A DNA stretch of 64,000 bases from a virus (taxonomy: Duplodnaviria > Caudoviricetes). The stretch lies in the IMG/VR virus record IMGVR_UViG_3300028591_000070, positions 321,935 to 385,934 of that record; one strand, written 5' to 3'. Positions 9,008 through 18,193 of this stretch are shown here, in pieces. The notes beneath the pieces were generated by a model that searched no databases, was not told the origin of the DNA, and saw only the letters and a program-made list of their open reading frames with translations. How positions within the stretch are numbered: position 1 is the first letter of the stretch; every line of letters begins with the position of its first letter. The position numbers and the translations under genes were made by a program.

Positions 9008-9855
9008 TTATTTCAACAAAGCCAAAACATTCTGAGACTGAGAATTTGCTTGTGAAAGAATAGCTGTAGCAGCAGAAGATAAAATCTGATTCTTAGTGTG
9101 TGAAACAATAGCTTCTGCCATATCAGTATCACGAATACGCGACTCGGCACTTTGAGTATTTTCAGCAGCAACATTGATACCTTTCTGAGCCATTTCCATT
9201 CTGTTCTGGTAAGCACCTAAATCAGCGCGTTGTTTATTTACATTCTTAAGAGCAGCATCCAAAGTTGCAATAGTAATATTTGCTTCATCTGGAGAATTAA
9301 TAGAAATTCTCTCATCTGTTCCCTGAATACCTGTAAGTCCCAACGCCTGAGAAGTCATTGTACCAATATAAGCACGGATATTTTGGTCTGCATTTGCTCC
9401 AATCTGGAACTGCATAACTGTGTCAGACTCTTTTGCAAATCTTCCAGTTAAAAGGTTCATTCCATTAAACTGAGCAGAAGAAGCAATTCTATCAACTTCA
9501 GCTACAAGCTGAGACACTTCGACCTGGATTTGCATGCGATCTTCATCTGAGTAAACACCATTTGAAGCCTGAACTGCCAATTCACGAATTCTCTGAAGAA
9601 CATCTGTAGTTTCCTGTAAATATCCTTCTGCCACATTTGTAAATGAAATTGCGTCTCCAATATTTCTAGATGCCTGATTAAGGCCTCTAATCTGTGAGCG
9701 CATTTTTTCTGAAATTGAAAGTCCTATGCATCATCACCTGCTCTATTAATCTTTTCTCCAGAAGCAAGTTTTTCCATCGATTTCTGAAGAGCCTGAGCAT
9801 TAATTCCTTCCTGGCGACTAGCAAAAAGACTAGACATGCTGTGGTTTATCACCAT
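9008..9855 (-). pseudogene. flaB: spirochete flagellin FlaB interrupted by a 1-bp deletion after codon 43
   Basis: 9855-9727 encodes [43 protein letters not shown] then TAG; another frame continues [19 protein letters not shown]... to VLALLK; strong RBS AAGGAGG at 9864-9870. Confidence 0.9.
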
Positions 9856-9873
9856 AATAAAATCCTCCTTGAT

Positions 9874-10053
9874 TTAACATCCACATCTGGATTCAAATCC
9901 TACATAAGTTTTTCTAATCTTGGCTTTCTGTTCCTCATTTACAGTAAATATTCCAATTATTTCCATATTCTTACCATAAATGCGCAAACAATCTTTTCCA
10001 AAGAAAACATAACAACTGCAATTTTTCATCAATTCTGCTATTTCTTCTTCCAT
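9874..10053 (-). CDS. 59-aa hypothetical protein, not in the ORF track (MEEEIAELMKNCSC...)
   Basis: translated by hand; fills the gap between the holin and flaB. Confidence 0.5.
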   Translation of the reverse strand: MEEEIAELMKNCSCYVFFGKDCLRIYGKNMEIIGIFTVNEEQKAKIRKTYVGFESRCGC

Positions 10054-10072
10054 TATGTAGGACTTCCTTTGT

Positions 10073-10447
10073 TTATTTCTTTACAATTTTTTCTGACTCT
10101 TCTACAATCTTATCAGCAATTTCTTCTGCCAAAGACTCTGGGTCAACAGCAGCTTTTTTAGTAAGAGCAGCCTTAACAGCCTTAAATGTCTGGAATAATA
10201 GAGTATAAGAAGTCTGTGTAAGAGCAACTACTCCACCTGCAAAAATGATACGAGTTACAATAGAAACTGTCGCACCAAAAATTTCAGGAGCAAGGAATGT
10301 TGTTCCAAATCCTGCTGCAGCGCCAATAACAGCTGCAATAGCTGCCATTGCAACACTGTTTTCCTTTACTTTAGCTGGAAGAAGGTTCTTAAGCCATTCT
10401 GTGATACCAGCTACACATACTGCTACAATAAATGCAATCTTAAACAT
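10073..10447 (-). CDS. putative holin
   Basis: 124 aa, 2-3 hydrophobic helices, GITEWLK motif, charged C-tail. Confidence 0.55.
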   Translation of the reverse strand: MFKIAFIVAVCVAGITEWLKNLLPAKVKENSVAMAAIAAVIGAAAGFGTTFLAPEIFGATVSIVTRIIFAGGVVALTQTSYTLLFQTFKAVKAALTKKAAVDPESLAEEIADKIVEESEKIVKK

Positions 10448-10468
10448 ATATTTTTCTCCTTTTAAAAT

Positions 10469-11038
10469 TTAGTTCTTTTTATTTTTTACAGTCTTTCTAT
10501 AATAATTTTCTTTATCATTCAAAGATAGCCCGAACTCATAACCACCTTTCAAATTACCTAAAGCGCGAGTTTTACTTTTAATACCGGCTACATCAAAATT
10601 ATCAATAAGATAATCTAAAACTTGTCTCTCAACAGCCTCTAGATAGTCTTTATGAAACTCAGAAAACTGTGAGTTTGGATATATGATTGTTGGATAATAA
10701 TCCTTAAATAAACCTTTTTTAGTGACAATAATGGCATCACTACCATCAGAGTGTCTTATTCGAATCACTCCCCAAATCTTTTCACCAAAAGTGTTTACCC
10801 ATTTATCAGTTCTAAAAAGAATTCGATCTTCTTTAAGTTTAATGTCAACAATCTCACCACTAGATAAATGAACATGATCTTCTGGAGCCCATGTAGGTTT
10901 TACTGGTGTTCCAAAAATAAATTCATGGTCTTTATCTACATCTAAAGATGCTCGATAGATAATATCAGTTGCATTGTTAATACATTTTTGAATTTCTATA
11001 AGTTTATTTATCCGTTCTTTTATCATCATTAACTCCAC
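10469..11038 (-). CDS. hypothetical protein
   Basis: ORF in operon. Confidence 0.55.
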   Translation of the reverse strand: MELMMIKERINKLIEIQKCINNATDIIYRASLDVDKDHEFIFGTPVKPTWAPEDHVHLSSGEIVDIKLKEDRILFRTDKWVNTFGEKIWGVIRIRHSDGSDAIIVTKKGLFKDYYPTIIYPNSQFSEFHKDYLEAVERQVLDYLIDNFDVAGIKSKTRALGNLKGGYEFGLSLNDKENYYRKTVKNKKN

Positions 11039-11675
11039 ATAATTTATAATAATCTGTCCATATAGTATTTGTGTCTATTGGCTTAAGGCCATCATAATTT
11101 TTTGGGTCAATATATTTAAACCAACTTTGTCTTGGATTACCATCTTTTCCAAAAAACTTATTATTTGTTGACTCAGCATTTTCACAAATACTTCTTGCAT
11201 CATATGTCCAGGTTGAAAGATTTTTATAATTTCCATCTTCATATTGTCTAATAACTTGATAATTAGACTCATATAATTTTTTCTGGTCCTTATAATCATC
11301 TACCACAAACATAGTACATACTATACCAGCTAATAAAAATAATGTACTTATTACAAGACAAAATTCATATACTCCATTATAAGAATCTATCCATAAATCA
11401 TCTTGTATAAAGCTCAATGTCTTTTGTAATTTACTATTATAAAAAATAAAATTATACCTCTCATAATATTCATTAAATGCTTCCTTTGGAAGGTCATGTT
11501 TATTATGGACACCATATTGTTTAAATAATTGACTTTGATATTTTTCAAAAATAGTTTCTCTATGTGATTGTATACCAGCCAAAATAAAATATATAATGTC
11601 TTTTAACAAAATTAAAACAAAAGGAATATAAAGCAAAAAACTTTTCAATAAGTTTATAATAATTAAATTATTCAT
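11004..11675 (-). CDS. membrane protein with two TM segments
   Basis: hydrophobic N-terminal and central segments. Confidence 0.6.
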   Translation of the reverse strand: MNNLIIINLLKSFLLYIPFVLILLKDIIYFILAGIQSHRETIFEKYQSQLFKQYGVHNKHDLPKEAFNEYYERYNFIFYNSKLQKTLSFIQDDLWIDSYNGVYEFCLVISTLFLLAGIVCTMFVVDDYKDQKKLYESNYQVIRQYEDGNYKNLSTWTYDARSICENAESTNNKFFGKDGNPRQSWFKYIDPKNYDGLKPIDTNTIWTDYYKLCGVNDDKRTDK

Positions 11676-11690
11676 TAAATCACCTCAATT

Positions 11691-11725
11691 TTAAATATTA
11701 ACACTTTTACAGGTATAATCTATAT
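11691..11725 (+). promoter_or_regulatory. early promoter, probably leaderless, driving the paralogue array
   Basis: TTAAAT-17-TATAAT-CTATAT-ATG. Confidence 0.65.
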
Positions 11726-14370
11726 ATGTTAGGATTGTTTAAACATAAAGTTATTGAAGAGGAATGCGAGCCCTTAATGACATTAGAGGAATTTCAGGCA
11801 GTACGCAGAAAAGAAAATGACTTTCTCAATCCAGCAGCGCTTGAGGTTATGAAAGAAACATATGGTTCTATTAAACTAACCAGAAAAGAATGGGACGAGT
11901 TATGGGACAGCTGTGCTTTTGTTCTTTATCTTGAGCGTCTTAAAAAATTAGATTTCAGGAATAGAAATGAATGATGAATTGATAGATGTTGAAGATTATG
12001 AAAAAACTCTCACTTGGAATTACTATAATGTAAGTGCTTTTAATAAGTTTAAAGAAATATATAAAGATATTAAACTTGTTAAAGAAGAATGGCAAAAATT
12101 ATGGGAATCAGTAGGTTTAGGCTTTGTTATAGAATCTATTAAAGGTTTAATGGAAGAAAAATATGAAACAAACAGCAATCATATCTATTGACCAGTTTAA
12201 AGATTATGCTACACATAAGTTTTTCTTCAGTGAAAGAGCATTTTCTAAGTTTAAAGAAACATATAAAGATGGTGAGCTCACACTAGAAGAATGGGACTCA
12301 TTGTGGGAAGAAGTTGGTCCTACTTATGCATTAGATTCTCTTAGGGAGATTTTTGATGAATAATGAAATAACATATACTGAGATAGAACTTACTCATAAT
12401 AAAGCAATTTTATTAAAAGACTTTCTAGAAGAATATGAACAGAAATATGTGAGGTCTTGGAGAATTCCTGAAAAGTTTAGAGCTCTTTATTCAAAATGCA
12501 CGCTAACCTATGATGAATGGGTCAAATTATTTATTATGTGGATTCCAGGAGAGATTCAAATATGAGTACTTGTATAAAGCATATTATCCCAATAGAAGAA
12601 TTTAATAATAAATTGTTATCTCTTGATGATTTTGCAAAAGTTCTCAGAGAAGGACTTCCTGGAGAATATGTATATTATATTCCTGAGTTTGTTGAGACAG
12701 CCTATAATAAACAAAAGTTTACTTTAGATGAATGGATTGATTTGATAAATGGTGTTATGTCAATAGAACCAGCTGAAAGAGCTTTAATAACATATCGCAT
12801 TATTACAAAGGAAAAGCCTTATGACGCACATTTGTAAAAAACGAGATAAATGTCTTGCTTATCCAGACATATGTCAAGGATGTTTAGAAGCAGAAGTTAA
12901 TGAACTCTTAAGCTTTGAAGATTTTGAAGAAACTTGCACAAATATTCCATGGGGATTTGCTGATATTTATAGAGGATGTTTATTAAAATTTGAAGAATGG
13001 CTGGAATTAAAGGTTAATTACGACTCTTTAGATGACAATGCAAGATTTGGTTTAATAGCTAAAGCTAAGGTGGATAAATTTTGCAACTAAAAGAAAAACT
13101 CAACTATGGAGAATTTAAAGAACTTTATAATAAAGAGCACCATCTAATACCTACTGGATTTAGATATTACAAAGATTCAGTTCTAACATATCAGGAGTGG
13201 GTGGACTTAATAGATATTTTCCTGGATTTAAAAGACACAGAAAGGTATGAAATTATAGATGCAGCTAAAAAAGCTTTAGCTGAGGAGACACTTTATGGAG
13301 TATGGAGCAAGTATTGAAATAACAGCTAAAACGCCAATAAACTTTGTGACCTTTATGAATAAATTTGGAAAAGGATTACAACTTCCAAATGGATTTTCTG
13401 AAGTTTATATAACAAGTGACAGTGAATTGTCTGCTTTTGAATGGCATACACTCATACAGTCCTATATGGACTCATATAATGAAAATAAATTTATGGATGA
13501 ATAAAGATGTTTAGATTTAAGACTAGAAATAAAATATTATCTATGGCTGATCTTTCTCTCAAATACCCAAAGGTTTATCAAAACGTACCTTTAGGATTTC
13601 TTACAATATATAGAGACGAAGAGCTAACAATTGAAGAGTGGCTCAATTTAATAGCGGCATTTAGTTTATTAGATGTGAATGAAAAAATTAAAATGTCTGG
13701 AGAAGTATATGCAAAAAGACAGTTGGAAAATGCTTAAACAAAAAATGGCCAAACTATATTCTCTAGAAGATTTTATGACAAGATTTCCTTATACTATATC
13801 TACTATTATAAATAGTGATGCTTTTATAGAAATTTATAAAGACACTAAACTGACATTTGATGAATGGCATGAACTTTGTCACACTTTTGAGGAGGCTTTT
13901 TAAAATGAGTGAATTCATGTGGCCACCAGAAAATATAAATATATCTATCTACGAAAATATTAGTGAAGAACCGATATCTATTCAAGATTTTGCTGGTCAA
14001 CTTCCTACTAAGCATGTTATTCCAGCATTAGCTTTTCTCATTTATAGAAAACAGAAACTCTCATATCGTGAATGGGTGGACTTAATTCTTGGACTTAAAA
14101 AAATTGATAAACAAGAACAAATAGCCATGGAATCAAATTATATTGCTACTCATAAAGAGGAACTTGCAGATGAAGCTCTTGACTTATCTTGAATTTAAAC
14201 AAGAATGGAGTCCTAATGAAATTCCATGGGGATTTTCGACAGTATATGCTAATTCTAGCATAAAGTTAGAATTTTATGAATGGGTAGATTTAATGGTCGC
14301 ATTTAATCAGTTAGATTCTGATTCTAAACTAGATGCAGCAATTTTTTCTATAAAAGAAGAAAACAAGTGA
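11726..14370 (+). repeat. operon of 12 tandem paralogous small ORFs (starts near 11726, 11967, 12163, 12353, 12562, 12821, 13081, 13295, 13507, 13730, 13905, 14170)
   Basis: shared core [LI][ST]xx[DE]F...(IPxG)F..Y...L[TS]xxEWxxL in 57-95 aa products; overlapping stop/start codons. Confidence 0.85.
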
Positions 14371-14375
14371 TATAA

Positions 14376-14630
14376 TTAGATATGACTTTTAAGATCCTTA
14401 AATGTTTTATATTCCATCAATTCATTTACTTTTTCTACAGCTTCTTCTAAAGTTTTATAATAAGTCATAGGCAAACTTTCTCCACCAGTACCTTCACTTA
14501 AAGTAAGAGCCCATCTTAATAAAAGTCCATTTCCTACAAAAGTAGGTTTAATAATTGCAACCCATCCAAAATAAGTTGCAATTATTTCATTATCTCTAGT
14601 ATACCATCTATCTCCTGTAAAATTTGCCAT
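14376..14630 (-). CDS. hypothetical protein
   Basis: last ORF of the minus-strand operon. Confidence 0.55.
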   Translation of the reverse strand: MANFTGDRWYTRDNEIIATYFGWVAIIKPTFVGNGLLLRWALTLSEGTGGESLPMTYYKTLEEAVEKVNELMEYKTFKDLKSHI

Positions 14631-14635
14631 ATTTT

Positions 14636-15427
14636 CTAAAAAGTAATTGTAAATATAAATCCAACTCCACCTGCAATAGTAGAAGTTGCGCCAACACCTA
14701 TTAAAAGATTTTGGATATTTTTCTGCTCATCTGTCCAAATAGGTAAACAACCTAAAATCAAAGTTGGAATGCCAATGCCTAATTCAACATAAGAAGCATA
14801 TCTAACTCTCTGTTTTACTCTAAGAGCTGCATTCAATTCTTCTTGAGCTTTTTTAGCTAAATTTTCATTTATCTCAAGCTGAGTCCTTAAAAGAGTGGTA
14901 TCTTCTAAAGCTTTATTCCATTCATCTAGAGCTAATGATAAATCCTCGCTTTGGCTTTTAATTATTTTCTCCGTTATTTGACTGAGTTTGTTCATATGTT
15001 CGAACAATTGACTCATATAATTCTGCACGTTGTATAGCCAGTTCGATCGCAAAGTCTGCTGCATCGAAATATCCTGATACATTTCTGCGAAGCTCTTCAT
15101 TGAATTTTTCATCGCTCTCAATTGATTGCTTAATGGCATCTGTGCATAATTGTCCGACTTCACTAGATCTTCGTAATGTTCCAATTCCTTCCAATATGGC
15201 TTGTTCATATCCATTTGCGGATTTGAGCGCACTTCCTCCAAGATTAAGTTCATTAGCGAGTTTATCTGCTGTTTCTCTGCTAAGAACGACTCCGTCGACA
15301 AGCTGTTCGCTAGTTCCTGAAACTCCTCTAAATCTGATAAATCTTCCTGCGCAGAAAGAGGCAAAACACAAAATAGCAACAATACCGAGCTTAATAAAAA
15401 ACTTTTTATCGATTTTAATTTCCACAT
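14636..15427 (-). CDS. putative outer-spanin analogue (signal peptide, coiled coil, C-terminal membrane segments)
   Basis: MWKLKSIKSFLLSSVLLLFCVLPLSA|QE; C-terminal hydrophobic segments ending FIFTITF; overlaps the Rz-like ORF in another frame. Confidence 0.5.
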   Translation of the reverse strand: MWKLKSIKSFLLSSVLLLFCVLPLSAQEDLSDLEEFQELANSLSTESFLAEKQQINSLMNLILEEVRSNPQMDMNKPYWKELEHYEDLVKSDNYAQMPLSNQLRAMKNSMKSFAEMYQDISMQQTLRSNWLYNVQNYMSQLFEHMNKLSQITEKIIKSQSEDLSLALDEWNKALEDTTLLRTQLEINENLAKKAQEELNAALRVKQRVRYASYVELGIGIPTLILGCLPIWTDEQKNIQNLLIGVGATSTIAGGVGFIFTITF

Positions 15428-15449
15428 TATAAATCTCCTTAATCTTCAA
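14958..15449 (-). CDS. putative inner spanin (Rz-like)
   Basis: N-terminal TM followed by a helical/coiled-coil domain; about 470 nt overlap with the partner gene. Confidence 0.5.
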   Translation of the reverse strand: MKIKEIYNVEIKIDKKFFIKLGIVAILCFASFCAGRFIRFRGVSGTSEQLVDGVVLSRETADKLANELNLGGSALKSANGYEQAILEGIGTLRRSSEVGQLCTDAIKQSIESDEKFNEELRRNVSGYFDAADFAIELAIQRAELYESIVRTYEQTQSNNGENN

Positions 15450-16506
15450 TTTCCCAGAAATCAGTGTTCTCTAAAATAAAGCCACATTTAGGGCATTCAT
15501 GAGTTCCATCTTCCAACTCATCTTCATCAGTAAGCATTAATCCACATTCTGGGCATTTGCCTACTGGTCTGTGAGTTGTATCATTGAAGAGGTTATTGAT
15601 ATAATTTGTAAATTCTTCTTTATCACTTTCTACAGACTCATGGATATAATCACTATCATAATCTACTGAATGGTCTATTTCAAGGAAATTACAAACATAC
15701 TTTTTATATCCTTCTTTCCAAGAATCAAAAAGCAAATCACCACCATCTTCAAAAATTTCATTAAAGATTGGTCTCATTTCTTCATCTTTGCAAAGAATGT
15801 CATCATCATCTTTAACAGTATCAGATGCATAGTTATACCCACTTTCATAAGCTTGGTCCATAAGAATATCTAAATCATTATGGCTTTCTCGAATAATTCT
15901 ATCAAAAATAATATTTGCAGACTCTAATGCTGGATTCTTTTCACTCATACCTTCAATCGCTCCTTGTACTGCGGCACTAGGCTGTTTTGGTTTACTACCC
16001 ATGCCATTATCTATTTGATTCTGCTTATTTGCAGAGTTTGTTCCTGTTTGTGGATTATTTAATGAATAAGCCGCTTCAACTACAGTTGGATTCTTCCAGA
16101 AAACCTGTAAGCCTATATCTTTCTCATTTTTCTTAAGAGCTTCAATTAAAATAACTTCATCTTGTGTAGGTTTTCTTAATTTATTTGTATTTAATCCAGT
16201 TTTAACCACTTTAGACCAATCATCAATCCTCCAATTCTGTGCATTTAAGGCATCAAATAAATGTAATGTTATACCTCTATTAGCTCCTTGAGTTGTAAAG
16301 TTTGCAGTTAGATAACATTCTTGTTTAGGATTTGAGCCATTTACATACGTTGCCTTTAATACTAAAAACTTACAAGCTATACTATTAAAACGAATACCCT
16401 GAAGATAAAGTCCTTCTTTTGTTCTTAAAGTAGCATTTACATCAAGTCCAATAGGTTGTTGAGGCTGATTTGTCTGTGGCTGTTGTTGATTTATTGGTTG
16501 TGCCAT
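15439..16506 (-). CDS. hypothetical late protein with a C-terminal zinc ribbon
   Basis: Q/P-rich N-terminus, FDRIIRES motif, CPEC..CPKC. Confidence 0.6.
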   Translation of the reverse strand: MAQPINQQQPQTNQPQQPIGLDVNATLRTKEGLYLQGIRFNSIACKFLVLKATYVNGSNPKQECYLTANFTTQGANRGITLHLFDALNAQNWRIDDWSKVVKTGLNTNKLRKPTQDEVILIEALKKNEKDIGLQVFWKNPTVVEAAYSLNNPQTGTNSANKQNQIDNGMGSKPKQPSAAVQGAIEGMSEKNPALESANIIFDRIIRESHNDLDILMDQAYESGYNYASDTVKDDDDILCKDEEMRPIFNEIFEDGGDLLFDSWKEGYKKYVCNFLEIDHSVDYDSDYIHESVESDKEEFTNYINNLFNDTTHRPVGKCPECGLMLTDEDELEDGTHECPKCGFILENTDFWEIED

Positions 16507-16509
16507 TTA

Positions 16510-17841
16510 TTATTCTCCCCATTCAATAAAATCATTAATATTTCCTGCACATTTTTTTAGTGTAGAAGAATATTTACTATTAAAGAATTGCTTAAAGAAG
16601 TTGTCTCCTTCTTTATCTTCCTTTTCTTTATTTAGTTCTTCAAGACCTTTCTGTATGATATTAGCAACAAATCCATAGCCAGATAATTGTGCTACACCCT
16701 TAAAGGCAGCACCAAAGAATGTACCCCATTGTTTAGTAATCTCATCTTTTATGCCTTTACAAATATTTCCAGCTTTTTTAGCAATTCCATCTTTCTGTAA
16801 AACTCTATTTTTACAAGCTTTAATATCTGTAAATACCGCAGTAATATACTGCTGTGCGGCTTTATTTCCTTTTATTTCTTCCCAAGTCCAATGACTATTT
16901 GGATTTGCTGCCTCTCCATCTTCTACTGGTTGCTGTTCTTGTTGTCCAGGCTTATATCCAGAATCAATATATTTACAAATGTCATTATAAATCTGAACTC
17001 CATAATTTAAGGCCGCACCATTATCAGGAAGATCAGGTTTAATCTCAACTCTAATATTGCTTATTATATTTCCATTGACATCTTTTGAAGCACCACCTCT
17101 TTCTTGTAAAATCTGTGCTAAATTTTGGAAGTCTTTTGCTACAAGACTATTACAATGGATATAAATAGGTTCGGACCAATTGATGTTTATTTTAGCATTA
17201 GTAAGTTGTCCATTTTCTTCATCTTCTCTTAAAATAGACTCTTGAACTGGAGCAGGAGTTGATGAACCTTCACCATTCTGATTTGAATAACTCTCTAATA
17301 AAGTTAGAGCTAACGACTCAGGTGAAGTAATAACATCATCATTGTGCTGACTACCTTTAAGCACATTAGACTTACAAGATTTATGATGTCCGAATTGAGA
17401 AACGCTAGACATTCCCCACATGCCAGACTCACCATTGTTAGGACAATATGTAAAAATTCTAGAAGATGAAATCTTATATTGATTCATAATAGCTTCTGCA
17501 GCTTCTGCTTCTTTTGTTCCTAGACCTGGTAAGAATGGATTTGCTGGCCAAATAATTAAATGGTTTGTTTCATTTGAGACATTATTAGTTTCACCTTCGG
17601 CATTTAATTCTTGAATGGCTTGGTCAATATTGAAAGTGTTTATAATAATATTAGCTGCAATAGCATTTTGTATCTCAGCATTTAAGGCATTTTTATTAGT
17701 TTCATTTGTAAGCCAATTCAATGCAGCACTTTTCTTTTCTTCATCAGTTGCATTTAATAAAAGATTATATAATTCCTTCATCTTAGGATATTGCTGAATA
17801 TCTTCTTTTAAGAGAACTTTAAGAGTTTTGTCCGTTAGCAT
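16510..17841 (-). CDS. hypothetical late, probably virion-internal, protein
   Basis: LLKED, LLES and ILRED motifs; in late operon. Confidence 0.55.
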   Translation of the reverse strand: MLTDKTLKVLLKEDIQQYPKMKELYNLLLNATDEEKKSAALNWLTNETNKNALNAEIQNAIAANIIINTFNIDQAIQELNAEGETNNVSNETNHLIIWPANPFLPGLGTKEAEAAEAIMNQYKISSSRIFTYCPNNGESGMWGMSSVSQFGHHKSCKSNVLKGSQHNDDVITSPESLALTLLESYSNQNGEGSSTPAPVQESILREDEENGQLTNAKININWSEPIYIHCNSLVAKDFQNLAQILQERGGASKDVNGNIISNIRVEIKPDLPDNGAALNYGVQIYNDICKYIDSGYKPGQQEQQPVEDGEAANPNSHWTWEEIKGNKAAQQYITAVFTDIKACKNRVLQKDGIAKKAGNICKGIKDEITKQWGTFFGAAFKGVAQLSGYGFVANIIQKGLEELNKEKEDKEGDNFFKQFFNSKYSSTLKKCAGNINDFIEWGE

Positions 17842-18193
17842 TCTGTCCTCCTATAATTGATTCTTCTTTAATATATTTTTCCCAACCTATTTTTGTAAAA
17901 ACATCTTTAATAAGATCTTTCTCATTAGTTGGCTCTGGATTTTTCTGTATCTCAGATTGTACATCCATTGGCTGCTCAGGCTGTGTCTGGTCATTATCAG
18001 CAATAGCTTCTGCTTGAGCGCTCTCTTGAGGGTCTAATAATACAGAATTGATTTTAGTAACACCTAAAGTATTTATGGGATCATTTATGGGATCATTTTG
18101 CTGTTGAGGCTGCTGATTTATGGGATCATTCATTCCTTCAATACCCCATAGTTGACCATCTTCTTTTAGGTATTTTAAATATCTATCATCCAT
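17819..18193 (-). CDS. low-complexity Q/P/N-rich protein (start probably MDDRY)
   Basis: TAATG stop/start overlap with the upstream ATPase; NDPIN three times. Confidence 0.55.
   Translation of the reverse strand: MDDRYLKYLKEDGQLWGIEGMNDPINQQPQQQNDPINDPINTLGVTKINSVLLDPQESAQAEAIADNDQTQPEQPMDVQSEIQKNPEPTNEKDLIKDVFTKIGWEKYIKEESIIGGQNANGQNS

Noticed and set aside
9724-9726. TAG in flaB as evidence of stop-codon recoding
   Set aside because: Reading through TAG does not give flagellin sequence; the lesion is a frameshift, and other genes read well in the standard code
9860-9905. GGA motifs upstream of flaB as a CsrA-binding leader
   Set aside because: Two of the three GGA sites lie within the coding end of a 59-aa upstream ORF and the third is the RBS; no sigma28 promoter is evident
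9694-10161. 155-aa plus-strand ORF and similar antisense ORFs (e.g. 36564-37010, 50630-51127, 2217-2567)
   Set aside because: Shadow frames opposite well-supported genes, with no RBS or motifs
11726-14370. CRISPR array or DGR-type nucleotide repeats
   Set aside because: Repetition is only at protein level; no identical DNA repeats and no reverse transcriptase in the window
18070-18128. ATTTATGGGATC repeated three times
   Set aside because: Encodes NDPIN repeats in a low-complexity protein
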